63,357 bases of DNA, filler included, from Choristocarpus tenellus KU-1152 (GCA_964200185.2; 11 parts of 11 records of this genome joined end to end with filler, not necessarily neighbours in it), one strand, 5' to 3'. Positions 1-13,643 are shown, numbered from the whole stretch's first letter. Numbers and translations: made by a program. Notes: a model not told the origin generated them from the letters alone.

Positions 1-59
1 AGGGTCTCAGAACGTCAGCATAGCATCCCCCCCGTCAACCCCCCTACATAGGAAGGATG

Positions 60-857
60 CCCAAGTGTCCTTGAAAACCAGGGTTGCCCTTGCAGTGCGG
101 CACGCCCTCACGATGGTCTCTGGTGAGCATTGGTAGAACATTAGTAAACCCCTGTGTCTACCAAGAGGCTGAATTATAGCACGAACACCATAAACAGGTG
201 GTTGGATGATATGGGGACCATGCCAAATTGCCGCTGGATCAAACCCAAACTTAAATCGTGGCAAATGGTATGGAGAATGGACTTTGTTTGCGATTAAGTG
301 GACCAGAATCGTGGTGTGTACGCCTCCATAGCGAACACGATCCATGTGGGTGAACCCTGTTTTTTCGTGATGGCTGATGGGGAAAGGGTTAGCTTATTTC
401 CGCATGAGGATGATAGCGACTTTCCAGGGTCCCCTACTGTGCAGCACAAAAGTCATATCCCCAAAACTATGATCATTGCAGCCAACACCCGCCCAGATTC
501 GGTTCACAGCTTTGATGGAGAGCTTGGTGTTTGGCGTGTGTGTGCGACTAAAACGGCAGACAGGACAAGCAAGAACCATAAAAGGGAGATGTGTATGAGC
601 AGGACTGTACCTTAGACCATTTGTGGTACAGGAAGTGGTACACGGAGGAGTTACTGCGGGCAATCAAGACCGAGATGCCTTGGTTGCAGAGGAAGGACAA
701 TGTCGTTTAGCAAGACGGTGCCACCCCCCACACGGGCAAAGGCAACTCAGAACCTTGTCAGGGGCAAAGAAGACAGAGGGGTGGTCGATCAGGCTTGTGA
801 CGCAGCCATCAAACTCCCCCGACCTCAATATTGTGGACCTGTGTTTCTTCAGATCTT
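60..857 (+). mobile_element. Decayed Tc1/mariner (plant-type DD39D-like) transposase
   Basis: Translates to TINRWLDDMG..WIKPKL..NTIHVGEPCF (cf. VHIDEKWF), QHKSHIPKTMIIAANTRP..FDGELGVW..ADRTSKN and QPSNSPDLNIVDLCFFRS (cf. QPPNSPDLNVLDLGFF). Contains stops and frameshifts. Confidence 0.85.
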
Positions 858-890
858 GGGTCAAATTATCTGGGGGAGGGGTTGTGTTCG
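858..890 (+). mobile_element. MITE family C terminal fragment
   Basis: GGGTCAAATTATCTGGGGG..GTTGTG matches the starts at 20546 and 34930, and truncates the mariner fragment. Confidence 0.6.
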
Positions 891-899
891 TAGATAGTG

Positions 900-1165
900 C
901 TGCTGATACACTTATAGACACCTCGACCATAGCTTATGCTGGTGGTTGTAAATCTCCGTATGAAATGTGGTATGGCACCCCTGCTGTCCTACCAATTTCT
1001 TCAACCTGTTGTTGTTGTCTCAGTAAGGTCCGTAAGACCTTCTCAAAGGCTGAAGCGTACTTTTACCTGGGGTCGTGGATCAGTCATCCTCGTGATGCAT
1101 ACCTTGTTCATACCCCGACCGGTGCTGTTGTTAGTATGTGCAACCTGACTGAGTGTCCACTAAGG
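900..1165 (+). mobile_element. Ty1/copia integrase C-terminal fragment
   Basis: SPYEMWYG...KAEAYFYLG..HPRDAYLV.TPTGAVV..CNLT resembles the region just after the copia integrase core. Confidence 0.6.
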
Positions 1166-1410
1166 ACCCTAGCCTTGCCCAAGTGGGAGAGGTTGCTCCT
1201 ATTAAAACCTTGAATTGCATGAATCAGTGGTTCCGGTGAAGTGCTTTGTGTACGTGCTTGAAGTCTTTTAGGGAAGAGGTGATCTAGTGCACTGAAGAAC
1301 TGGTGGAATTAAATGTGATGTATCTTGTGATATGAACTGTGAAGATGCTCGCTGGATAATGTGAACTACAGGACTAATAAGTGCTGTGGTCCAGGATATT
1401 GATGCATGCT

Positions 1411-1653
1411 GAGTGAAAGTATCTTAGAGGATACGAGTTTTCCCTGTTTGTCTATTTGGGGCTTGGCTTCTCATGTTTCCTACTCCAAAATATTTCTGAA
1501 TAGGCAAAAAAGTATACATTATGAAAAGGTGTGTCAGGAACAAGGATATTGACACTTCCTACCAAACACGATAGCCAAAATTACATCAAAATCACAATAT
1601 TGGATTTTAACCCCCAAATGGACGCGGCCCTACCCTCTAAGATAATTTGGCCC
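1411..1653 (+). mobile_element. MITE family A, full copy
   Basis: TIRs GAGTGAAAGTATCTTAGAGG / CCTCTAAGATAATTTGGCCC; 4-bp TSD TGCT. Confidence 0.92.
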
Positions 1654-1959
1654 TGCTCTGAGCAGAGGCTTTTATGGATGTATTAACTCTGTACTTCTCC
1701 CCATCCAGGTGTGCGTAGAGATGCACTTATTGCAGAGTGAACTGTAGACCTGAAGAGGGGAAAACACCTTCCCAAAAAAATCTATAAAACGAGATACCAC
1801 GGTTTGATCTATGAGAAAAAGTAAAAGGCTCAAGTCTAATTCTTAGTCAGCTAATGTGTGTGTCATGTACTGACTGAGTCTGTATCTTGAACAATATCTA
1901 CCAAATGTGTCGGACGCAATGTAAGCCATGCAAAGTGCAACGGTAAGTCATGATCATGT

Positions 1960-2570
1960 ACCGCATAGGGCAGTATGCATGTGATGTATGGATAACTGCT
2001 AACGATGGTTTAGCGTCTAGACTAACTCTGCAAGGGAATGGACATCCTTTGCACTATGGAGGATAGTAGCCCATTGACAGTGTGGACAGCAATTTCAGCA
2101 TGGAATTTGTCTTCCATATTGGGGCACTTGTGGACGCTGGATCAGCTCTCTACCAGGACAAAGGCCTCCTCCTGGATGCGTTTGCAGAAGTGTAAGCAGC
2201 ATCCCACCTACCACACTCATCCACTAGCAATGGTGTAGCTGCTGGAGCAGCTAAGGCGCGAAAGTGTACCCATAACGAGGGTTCTTTTGATCCTCATAGT
2301 TTTGACCTCAATACATTTGCGATAGAAATTTTGGGCCCCTCGGTAAGCAAGCAGAAAGGTGTCTGGATGAGTTGGCTACACATCCAGTAGGGGGGAGAGG
2401 AACGGAAGGTTACAGCAGGAAATGGGCTGTCAAAACCCGCTTACGACGGATAGAGTCTGTCACTACACAAGTGGCATTCTCAAGACTTGTCATGCGTTTC
2501 AAGCTGGAGACCCGAGGGAGATGGGTAAGGTCAGATATTTGGGATGCTTCCCTAGCTCCTTGCTCAATTC
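1960..2570 (+). mobile_element. CRE-like (RLE-endonuclease) non-LTR retrotransposon, 3' fragment
   Basis: MDI...YQDKGLLLD..SSTSNGVAAGAAKARK.THNEGSFDPHSFDLNTFAIE..GPLGKQAERCLDELATH..VKTRLRRIESVTTQVAFSRLVMRFKL, read across frameshifts, matches the C-terminal RLE region of CRE-clade elements. Confidence 0.72.
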
Positions 2571-3099
2571 TGTAGAGCTAAGCTAGGCTGGAAGTATAGC
2601 AGCAGTCTACACAAAGCGTTGTAATTATGAGCCTTTAAGGGAGCGTTTGTAGTATAACTGGTAGCCAAATAGGTTTTTTTTTAGATATCTTTCGCATTTA
2701 CCGTAGCTGTTGCTTTTACAGGGTCCTTGTGATATTGGTTTTGACATCTGCAAAATGTCCATCTTGCCTGGTGATTCTCTTCACCACCCCTTTTTGAGTA
2801 AACCACGCCGCCACAGAATCATATGTTAATCCTCAGACGTGGACGAGGATTGAAGCTGAAGGTCTTGAAGTCGTACACACGGTGGAGGGTCTTGATAACG
2901 ACCGCTAGTTTCTCCTTGTTGCTGATGTGGACCACCACATTGATGGCAGTTGGTAGTGGTACGATCAGGGTGGGAGGCCGACTGACCAGGTGGCTGGACA
3001 GGAGCATTGAGGCTCATCGGTAGACAGGATGGTGTTGACCCTGTACCTAAGGAAATGAGTCGTGGGATGCCGGTTAGTAGGTGAAGGGAATGGGAGAGG

Positions 3100-3260
3100 T
3101 GCTCTAAGAAGAGGCTTGTGGTAAGAACGCTCTGGATTGAGACTTAAGGTACAGCAGGGAAAATGCTCTAACTAGAGTCTTAAGGCAATGGTTGTGATAC
3201 TCTGAGGAGAGGCTTAAGGCAATGGATGCGGTGACCTGAGGAGAGTCTTAAAAGCTATTG
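3100..3260 (+). repeat. Degenerate ~36-bp tandem repeat
   Basis: Recurring CTCTRAG..GAGRCTTAAGG(C/T)A motif, 4-5 units. Confidence 0.55.
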
Positions 3261-3867
3261 GTCAAGGTGCTCGATGTTGAAAACGTAGTTGGTTAAGGTA
3301 GGAATTAGAGTGGGATTGGTAATGTGGGCACTGCAGCCTTAATATACGATAAAGGGGGTGGTGGCAGGGGCGCCTGGGTCTGTATGGGCTTGTAGGACCC
3401 TCGTGGTGATGGCTGTGAAGCTGTCCGATTAGTGCCCATGGGGGTCCTGGTCCCAGTCGTTAGGCGGGGCAAGTGCAGTAAGGGCTGGTGTGGCGCAATG
3501 GGCTGTGGTAGGAGCAGGGTGTACGGATTAGGCCAGTGGACTGGAAACTGGCAGGGCGGTGCAAAGCTTTCTCGATCAGTGTGGGTTGGGTGATGTTGGG
3601 GCTGAGGTTAATGCTGGTGACGCTGGCACTGTGGATGGCGCTGTGGTTGGTGCTGGTGATGCCCAGGCTGCTGGTGATGGTGGGGCCGTGGTTGGCATTG
3701 GTGCTAGTGTTGAAACCTGAATTCGAATAAATCGTGCTTTCTAGTGCAGTGACTGATTTGTAAGGAAGGGGTATCATAGTGCAGTAAAGCACTGATGAAT
3801 TTGTTCCGATGAACCTGATGATATGCTTTGCTCAGTCACATGATACTTGATGTGAAATGAGGTTATT

Positions 3868-3890
3868 GTCTCAAAGTATCTTGGGGGGGG
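3868..3890 (+). mobile_element. MITE B/C terminus at contig end
   Basis: GTCTCAAAGTATCTTGGGGGGGG running into the linker. Confidence 0.75.
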
Positions 3891-3990
3891 NNNNNNNNNN
3901 NNNNNNNNNNNNNNNNNNNNNNNNNNNNNNNNNNTTAATTAATTAANNNNNNNNNNNNNNNNNNNNNNNNNNNNNNNNNNNNNNNNNNNN
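3891..3990. other. Artificial contig linker N44-TTAATTAATTAA-N44 (first of ten)
   Basis: Identical 100-bp linkers with stops in all six frames at 3891-3990, 13823-13922, 20618-20717, 27308-27407, 35011-35110, 44469-44568, 47597-47696, 51979-52078, 55760-55859 and 59894-59993. Confidence 0.98.
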
Positions 3991-6900
3991 GGGTCAAGTC
4001 CATCCTCAATGAAAAGCTCCATCCTCAATTATTGAAATCGGCTGTTAAATAGTGTTGGACTTCAGGACAACTATTAGTCAATAATTTATCGCTCATCAAA
4101 ATCAACTTGCACCATCTACTGTGTGACTGCGGTACGTCACCAAGTTCATCTGGGACATTTACATCATCATCACATCACATTTTTTTTAAGTTGACAGTCG
4201 GGGTCTTGGAAATGAGATGTATAAAATATAGGTAGGTACGAATACATTTCTTATACCCACTAACATCTTGGGAGGGAAGGTCACGTAGGAACAACAAGAA
4301 ATGTGAAGGGGGGAAGGCAACAAAACACAACAGATTAGAGACCACACAAGAGGTTACATTATTTCCCTGACATCGATCGCAGGGATATTCATGTGTAAGG
4401 AAAAACAAGAGATATAAAGGGGAGAAAACGTAGATGTAAGACGCAAGAAGAAAGCTGGAGTAAGGTAAACCAAATTTGACACATCGAATGTTTAGACCCC
4501 TCGCCAGGTGTTGAAACCTCCCTGCTTTCTTGTTTTCACAGCCAGGTGCGGGTGCATAGAGCATGCTCGCTGAAAAAGCCTGCTCCTCGCATATCGGGAA
4601 GTGTGTACGGGTAAGCAAGAGAAAGACCCAATACAGCGTAAGACATGTATAGACTTGTTACTCTAAGTGATGGTTTTCTCCCTTGTCTCCCCGGATGAAA
4701 TTGTTTTGAAGCCATATTAAATGCCATTCATTTGTGAATTAACTCCTGTACCATAAAACAAGCAGAACGAGATTCGTGCTAGTTATGAACTCATCGGTAT
4801 TCCAATGACTGTCGTTCTTGGAGAAAGATGAATGACAAATAGACCGAAGTCATTTGTCTAGAAACACCTGTACCATAAATATAAAAAAAGTGTGCATGTG
4901 TGTGTTTGGGGTGGATATGAAGTCCAATATGTCTTACAATAAGAATTTCCCCAATGGTCCTCACATGGGTCTCTCTAACATATATGTACCATGCAAGATC
5001 AAGTATTCCTGTCTGTTTGCCGTCCATAAGTCCATCTGTACATGTCGGCACCAGCTCTATAGAGCTGTTTTTTCTATTTGTGAGTTGTTTAGAGTTTAAG
5101 TCCTATTATACATCCCTGCAACCAATATACACCGACCTTATCATGCTACTCTCTCTCTCTTTCCTGTTGTACCTTACCATGCTATTTCACCTCACTGATA
5201 CATCCCCACCCATTTAGTAACTAATGCATTTCGACAATTGAAGCACCCAAGGTACCAAAGTATGGAATGGATGTTCATCGAATTTTTCTATCACAATGCG
5301 AACATTTCCATCCATCAACAGAGTTCAAACAAACAACTAGCATCACCTATCAATGATGCAATACTTCAAAATATTGTCATACACCGCCAACAATTTATAT
5401 ATTTCTTTTAGTATTACATGATAACACAGGACAGAAGACCAGTGACAAAACAACACAACACATCCATCAATAAGCGGTCACACACGTCGAATTCACTTAA
5501 ACTTGTGGAGGTGATGCTGATTCGCAAGGGGTAATATTATCGGTTCAGCAGTTTCATTCCTGACAGAGGGAGAAAAAATCTGTCATGGTTGGTTGTCGAT
5601 TTGTTGCACATCTGATCATTCCAGAAGTTATCCTGCTTCTTGGAGGACGCTGCATGCGACTCTGGAGACCATAGTAATATAAGATGGTCTTGGACCAGGA
5701 ATCTTGATGCAACTCTGCTAGCTATAATTCTCCTTCCCGTCCTGTTGAATTTTGTAGTGCCCTGTCTGCAGGGACTCCGAGTTTCTGTAGGCAGGTAGGT
5801 GTAGATTTGTATCCCATTATTTGAAACTCTTGGGAGCAACATACTGCACACCCGTCCTTAGAGGACTGGTTAGCTGGCTGTAGTGTGGTTATCCTCCACA
5901 GCCTAGAGGAGTCTTTCTTCTTGGAGGAATAATATCTTTACCATTCAGATTACCCTTTGCAAGAGACATCCCCCTCTCTGGGTAACATAGCCCCAACTGA
6001 ATTGACAAATCCAATTTTGGCATAGTGGTTCTATATTTTCAGGATGTTGGAAAAGGATGTCACCATACTGCATAGAACGTATCATTTTTCTCTTCCCATA
6101 ACCACTTGGTTCTCAGCAATCAGTTGCATACTATTCTCGCTTTTTTCTTCGAAAACACTTTCAACTAAGATACCTCTGTGTACAATGATCAGGCGGAATA
6201 TTCATGTAAACCACCACCTTGAAACATGAATATAGGGAGACCAGTTGATATTGTAGTGGGTCAAAAAAAAAAAACAGTATAACGTAACTATCAGGAGAAC
6301 ATTTGATGTCCTCAACTACATTAAAAACGGGCACATGGCGCAAGTAGTGAAGTGCCACTATGCATTAGATATATAGATATATAGCAGGGCACACGTACAC
6401 ACAAGGAAATAAGCAACTATAATTTCGATTTTGAGAAAAATTTCTTATAAAGCCATTATGTGAAACTCCTTTTTTCCACCAACTGAACAATTTTCAGGGA
6501 TTAGTACCCAACAGTGGCAGCCTAAATAGCGATCTTAACCAAGCGAACATTTGCACAGGGACGCTTAACATCCTGATTATCCCATGATTTAGGGGCTTTA
6601 AAATGAACCATTGGGGAAAACGTTAAGTAAAATAAATTTCAACGAAATAAAAATCCATTTCCCTAAGCAGTCCGCACATTCACATATAGTGCGCATTTCA
6701 AACATTCTATACATGCAGCAGGCAGTCCTTTAGTTGGCAGGGACTTGGCAAGGACACTCTGGGACCGCATAGACGCAGGTATTTTGTTTGACACCACATT
6801 TGAGCTGCATTTGGGCAAGTGCTGTCACTAAAAGGTCCTACCTTAGCTCGTTTTCCACTAGGGATCTGAAGAACTACCCCACACACTCATTTGTCTTGTG

Positions 6901-9798
6901 GAAGAAGTTCAATGCAAGTACCTGCAGCATATAACCAAGTACCCTTGTGGATAGCAACCCACCATATTTGTAGACTTGTTCTGAATGGGGTTCAAGGAAT
7001 TGTAGCGGTTGACTTGCTACAGCCACAAGGTTAGAGAAATTACAAAAAAAAACTCTACAAACCAAATCACCAAAACACCAGGCAAGGCTTGAGACATTTG
7101 CCAGGCCTCTCTGATGTACATACACCACCAACATATGTCGCACCTTGGTCAATTTAGCTTGCTATGGAGATGTGAAAAATGCCCACTGGATGAAACACAA
7201 CTAAATTGTACTTCAAGGTGGTAAATATGTTGGGGCCAAGAAATGTACTGTAGTATTAATTATCATAATAGCAATTTTACCCCCAAAAAATACCTCCTCG
7301 TACAGTCAAAGCAGGAGGGAGAAAAGACCCTTTGGTACTTATGACCACAAGAAGACATTGTAGAATCCGTACTGGTATTGTGTGGAGCAAGGGGGCTCAA
7401 TTACTCACCTTCTCGATCTCATGAGAGAAATATAGGGAGGCATGGGGTCAAGTGTCCTACTCTACGAATTCTTCATCCTTCATCCTTCAATAAGAGGAAA
7501 CGCGAGGAGCAAAAGTCTATGAAAGAATCCGTACTATCAGGCATATACAGCACATCAAAGTTGTGGGCAGTCTGTAACAGTGGGTACAGTTCTACACCTA
7601 TCAGCCGTTTCTACTGCACATTCGAGCAGAAAAGGGTATTCAAAAGTGAATTTGTTCATGGACAACTCAAAGAAGAGGCAACTGCAGGGCACCAACCCAC
7701 AACAAAGTGTCAAGTACTCTAAGAAACCACACGGTTCAAATCGTTTTGTACCCTCTGCATATTTTCTCTAGGCAAGACCGCAGGCCTTGCGGGCACTGTG
7801 TATCATTCCTCTCCCGTCCAAGCTGTGCAATAGCACACTATTGGGTCAAGGTCACCTCAATTCTGTTGGGACTAGGTTTCTTTTGCACTATCGGAGTCAT
7901 TTTGAGTTTCTGTCAATCCCTAGTAGGTCGCTTCAAGCATTACTCCTATGACTTGCAGTGCTTTATCAAAGGCATTACTCCTTCTCCCCTCCCACACATG
8001 ATCTTTACTCAGAAATCTTGCATGAGTGATAATTGGGGGAATTTTGTCCGTGCCATCACTGTCAGCCAAAGCCAAGTCAAAAGTCAACACGTCGGAAGAG
8101 TGTCCTATCCATGGCAGGCGTCTGACAGTTGAACCAAAACAGAACGGTGGGGGGAAGTACTCAAGTATCTTAGTCGCACACACAGTGGACTTAATTCTGG
8201 TGATCTTTTACTATCGTAGAGTTGCTGGTGAGAGTCGATCTAGCCAACCATACCTTTCCTCTGGATCTTGAATATACAGACATACGCAACAAACTTCAAA
8301 TACGAATGGGTTGGATACATGTTTGTGTGTGATTTAAAGAAAAACCGGGAACAGCTGTCAGTCATGATTTCCAACAAATAACTCACCACTGTGCTGCTCG
8401 TATCTTTTTCAGCCCCCCCCAAAAAGAGAAAAAGTGCTGAGACAGGTGTCCAAACATATGTTCATGAGCAAACAGTAGTTACTATTAATAAGAGTCAGGA
8501 CGTCCCTCACCAAAGTTTGTGACATCACTTGTTCACACTAAAGTGACCCTCCGCATGCTTCACTAGAACACTGAAAGGCATTGGAGAGAGCATTATTGGG
8601 TCTTGTACCTTGCCTCATCTTACTCATCTTCGCCATTGCGTAACTTCTCGGACAGCCTCACCTGCCACCGACAGAGGTCGCAGCACTTATGCAGACTATC
8701 TACAGGTGCTGGGAAGTATCTGAATTGCATTATGGCGTAAATATTCTAGGCACAAGCTGGTCCAGCTGAGAAGGAATCACCCCACAGTTAAAATAAAATT
8801 CTCGGACAGGAATTTCTTCCGGAATTTCTAGGAATAGGTAGGACCTTGAAGGATATTAAGAAAAACATGATCATTCAAGAAAATATTTTTTTAATGTATG
8901 GATGTATCGTGGTGAAGCAACTACTTATAAATAACTTGTGGACTTGGAGTAGGACAACTATACATACTGCAAGGTGAAAGTTGAGGTTCACATAATTTTT
9001 TCAATTGGAAACTTCACCTCAGTGGTGATCACAATGTCCAGCTCCAACCACAGTCAAGCTGATGGAGAAACCAAGTGCATTTCATATCAAGGAAAAAAAG
9101 ATCAAGTGATACGGCTGTCCGTCCATCCATCCATCCATCCATCTAAATCCCCAATCAATTGCAGCTCACCAACCGTGGATATATATAACTGCAACATTTC
9201 CAGACTGAACGTAGTCCTCTTGTTGGGATCATTCCGCATACTTAAGCCTTTTTCTAAAATTCATCACAGTTGTGCTAGATTCCATCATTATTGTACCTCA
9301 CAGAAGCTATTATTTCTATTTACAAAGGGATCAGCCTGTAACATCAAAAAGGTACACCCCAAACACGACTAGCCACATTCCCTCATGATTTCTACAGGAA
9401 TTGATGCTTTGGTGGACGACCAATGTCTGTCCCAATCAAAATAAACACAATTGATACCTTAGCTGTGTTGTCTCTGTGTAAAAGGGCCCTACTCTATGTA
9501 ACGCCATACACACTCAACCAAAAAAAAACAAAAAAAGGCTGATCGTTCAAATAGTCCAACTGAACAAACTCCCAAGACGCAGATGCCAAAATTGGGCTCA
9601 AATTCATCAAAGCTGGAAAACTAGTCCTACCCTGTTTCCAAGCATTACAACAAAGGCAACTCAGAGGGAGAGCTGGGATTGTGACCTTACCTCCCCACAG
9701 TCATGTCTAGACGACTGACTCCCCCAAAGCTCAAGCTGCAACACCCTCTCCAACAGCAAAGTAACATGTCTTGGTATGTGGGGCTTCATTCTTGACGC

Positions 9799-12575
9799 TT
9801 ACGGTGTTGCTCTAAAAGGTCTGTAGGTATAGTACTTTGGCCTTGAGTCCAGACGCACGTGAACCCTTGCATTAGACCACCGCCATGGAATATAAATAGT
9901 GGGAAAACAATATTAGATAGATCAAAGCAGCTCCTGCATAAAAATTTGTGCCAAAGCTTGAGATCGTTGCACTTGAGGGTGGCACTTCAGTGTTTGATAG
10001 ACTCTCTAGGTTGGTAATTTCAGCAGCATGTGGGTGCAGGGTCAGCTCTTGGGTGCATTGGTCTGATGGCCTGCCACAGTCTCAAAACTCTTGACCGCCT
10101 TCAATTGAGTAGTATTGCGCCCCAATTTCACAACCTTTTACTATCCTGCTAATTCATGGTACTCTACTAGTGCCCCCACGGCATGAAAGCCCATACTCGT
10201 TGATTCCACTGAAAAAGTGCAGCACGCCTACTACTCAGAATAGCACATACAGAAAAAAAAAACATATTTTCACCTCCAACCCCTTTAGAGCAGGCAAGCA
10301 ACCCTCTGAAACTCCTCTCCCAGGTTTTGCACACATTGGAGTAACTCACACAAAAAGAGGAACGTCACAATGGGAAGGATATAATGTAAGTACGTTAACA
10401 CCATTTCATGTAGTTTGCATTCAAATTCACACACTCCACTTATACTCACCAAAACACTCCTAGGCCCGAGGTGCTGACCCAGACCACGTTATTTGCTTCC
10501 TCAGAAGAACCCTCAGAATTGAGGATCTCCTCCAGGGATGCACCTACTTTGCCCCATAACTTTACAGCCTGTCGTTATATTTCACAAGCACCAATCCATT
10601 ATTCCTAAGCAGAGTCAATGCCAGCAAGACAACAGCGGAACTACTGAACTTTGCTACTTTTCATGAGAATTGCAAGGGAAATATTAGAGACTGCTCCAAG
10701 CACTACATCACCAATTTGCAACAGAAAGCATTCTGAGCAGCACTCAACATTCTATTTGGGCTACAAACACAGGTGGTTCTGGCACAACGGAGGACCGCAA
10801 GCAGTCAAGGTACATACATACAGGTTTACATGCCATCCCCATTTTAGAACATGCAAAGTACTCCTGGGCAGTAGGCACTACTGACAAGATCGCCATAGAT
10901 ACCCTGGCCAAACTAATGGCTATCTCCCCCTCCCTTCAGTGACAGTTCCTACCTGATCCTCTGGGGCATTACGGACAAATGCTGCAAGGTGGGCATAGCC
11001 GTGTTCTGAAAGCGGTGTTGCCTGACAAGGGGTAATGAGCAACGCATCTCTGCCCAAGTTGTAGAACGAAACCACAGTTGTTGTCCCTGCAAAGGGGAAA
11101 CAAGAAAGAAGTAGGCATCTGTTGGGGACTGGCAGAAAACATGGAAGGGCAAGCAACAATGGACCATGCCTCATCACGCAACAGGAGGGCACAACAACAT
11201 TGAGAACAGCAATGGACACATCACCATGGACTGTCCTGTTACAGAGAGATATATTAAATCAAAGCATTATGCCGCTGGTTATGGCAATCACACTTCAGCC
11301 TGCAATAAGGTCTCAAGGTCTGGGATCTCTTTTACATACATCAATGTGATCTCTTGGCAAAAACTAATTCACAAAAAATCATTGGACATTTCCATGCATC
11401 CGTCAACAAGAATATCAATCTGGGTTGACTCTGAGCTGGGATCATGGTCATAGGGATTCATCACACTTTTCTTTCGAATATCCAGGGTATGATTTTTATC
11501 CAGGGTATGATATTTGCCAGATTTCCTGATACAAAGGTCAAGTGTAGGTCTTGTGTAGGTCTTGTGTACATCACGGAACACAGATATTGGTGTTACAACA
11601 GATAACTACTGTAACAGAAACTGAAATATGAGGCGCATCAAGGCCCAACAAGACAACTACTACACTTGCAGCTGCACGAAGCACCAGAGAGATGATATCT
11701 GGGAGGGCGGGAAAAAGGATAGATTGACATTGGTCTAGTCATGACTCTCCACAAACAGTGGATGGTCAACACATGACATGTAGGAGGGTATACCAGAGAA
11801 CTGAGAGGGGAGATGGAAAAAGGAAAGTAAATTACCTTTTCCTTCAGCAATGAACAGATCGAAGTCACTTCCATCAACTATGACGGTCGCCAGCCTTGGA
11901 GCGTCAACCACGACAAATCGGTAGGGTCTGTCCTGAGGCACGCAGTCAATTACGTGGGAACCATTAAGTACACACTTTTGAAGTAGAGGGCGGAACTATA
12001 TGGATGGGGAGAGTGTACCTAGTGGTCATTACAGCGTTACTGAAAGCAAGTAATAGTTGAAAATGGTGGTAACAACTTGGAGGTTCATGATGTTGGCAAA
12101 GTAGGGAGGGATCGGCAATGCACAAGGCAGGAGGGACCAACGTATAAAAACATCATGCATGAAACCAGCCAGTATAAGAGCTGACCTTTGTCTTGGGTGA
12201 AACAGGTTCAGACTCCCAAAAGAAGGCCGAGAATGGAACTTCAGCTAGGATGGATGTGAAGTACCTTGCAAAAGTTGGGCAATCTTTCCAGAGGGATATT
12301 ACTTCCGCGAAGGACAGTGTGTTCCAGCAGGTTGAATTACCGTCACAGGTCACACCCCGCTGCAACGTGAACATGATAGTAGTATCACTTGCTTCCTTGG
12401 CATTGACTCGGAACTTAGGATCTTCAGACATACCAAGGTTGGCTATGATGATCTCATCAACAGTAAAACCAACGTCGATACAATCACTGCAAGGGATGAA
12501 AGATGGCAGCAAGGACTGTAGAAGTGAAATGGCAATAATACAGGCAATGAACCTCAAGATTGACTGGCTCACCAT
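9799..12575 (-). CDS. DUF6940-like protein, complete 5-exon gene (268 aa) with a hydrophobic N-terminus
   Basis: Exons 12575-12186, 11932-11836, 11086-10953, 10568-10450 and 9865-9799 are all GT-AG and phase-consistent, totalling 807 nt with no internal stop. Motifs: SFAEVISLWKD..FARYFTSILAEVPFSAFFWES, YRFVVVDAPRLA, VVSFYNLGRDALLITPC, YAHLAAFVRNAPEDQ..LWGKVG, WVSTSGLGVFWVHVRLDSRPKYY. The family name is from recall and needs an HMM check. Confidence 0.88.
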
Positions 12576-13017
12576 CCCAGTGTGCCAGTGGTGGACAGTA
12601 AAGAGGTGTTCACACTTTAAAATAGGAGAGTAAGGTTCTAATGTCTTTTAGGATTTCGAGAATTCGAATCCCACTATACTCCTACCAATAGGTTATGTCT
12701 GCAGTGCATATTTTATTATTATGCCCGCTGACATTTTGCAGATGTGTCAGGGGGGAAACCAATCAAAACTATACATATGTCGTTATTAGCCCTAAGAACA
12801 CTATAAAACATTGTAAGTTACTTCACCACTATCAAATATTTTTATTATTTTGCCCGCTTATATTTTGCAGATGTGTCAGGGGGGAAACCAATGAAAACTA
12901 TATTTATGTCGTTATTAGCCCTAAAGAAATAAAATATCCTAAACATAAGAACACTATAAAACACTGTAAGTGTGGAAACCACTAATAATCAGTTACTTCA
13001 CCACTATCAAATATTGT

Positions 13018-13147
13018 ACTACTACTGTCCTCCTTATCTTCCCATCTACCTACTCCTGTGCCCCGGGGGCGGGAGCTAAGGAAGCATCCCAAGAATCCAA
13101 CAGACCCCTCCGTGCCCATCTCCCTGGTGACTCCATCTTAAAACATA
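13018..13147 (-). mobile_element. Extreme 3' end of the same CRE-like LINE with a (TAG)n-like tail
   Basis: The reverse complement (TTTAAGATGGAG..AGGGAGATGGG..TGGGATGCTTCCTTAGCTCC) matches 2498-2559 and ends in AGTAGTAGT. Confidence 0.65.
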
Positions 13148-13363
13148 TATAATAGTAAGAGATGATTGATTGGGTCATCATAATAAACTTTAGATTGGCG
13201 GTATTTAAGGTGCGATAGTGAGTATAATATTATTATATTATTATGCCCTCTGACATTTTGCAGATGTGTTAGGGGAAAACATATACCCATAATATCAGAG
13301 GGCATAATAATAAAATAATATACCCTGATATATCTGCAAAATGTCAGAGCGCATAATAATAAA

Positions 13364-13643
13364 GAGTGAAAGTATCTTATTGAGTGCAAGTATCTTAGAG
13401 GGTACGAGGTTTGTCCTGTTTGTCCATTATTTGGGGCTTAGCCTCCCATGTTTTTTTTGTGACATTTTCCTACTCAAAAATATTTCGGAGTAGGTAAAGT
13501 GTGTATGTTATGGAAAGGTGTGTCTGGAACAAGGATATTGACACTTCCAAACAAAACACAATAGTCAAAATTCCATCCAAATCGGAACTTTGAGTTTTGG
13601 TCCCCAAATGGATGCGGCCCTACCCTCTAAGATAGATTGGCTC
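13364..13643 (+). mobile_element. MITE family A copy with duplicated left TIR
   Basis: GAGTGAAAGTATCTTATT GAGTGCAAGTATCTTAGAGGG ... CCCTCTAAGATAGATTGGCTC. Confidence 0.9.

Noticed and set aside
3935-3946. TTAATTAATTAA as a biological motif
   Set aside because: It is always centred in 44+44 Ns, so it is an assembly linker with six-frame stops.
4400-9250. Additional multi-exon gene
   Set aside because: There are several splice-like signals (for example 4541/4611, 8385, 9015 and 9168), but I could not build a consistent frame or recognise a product.
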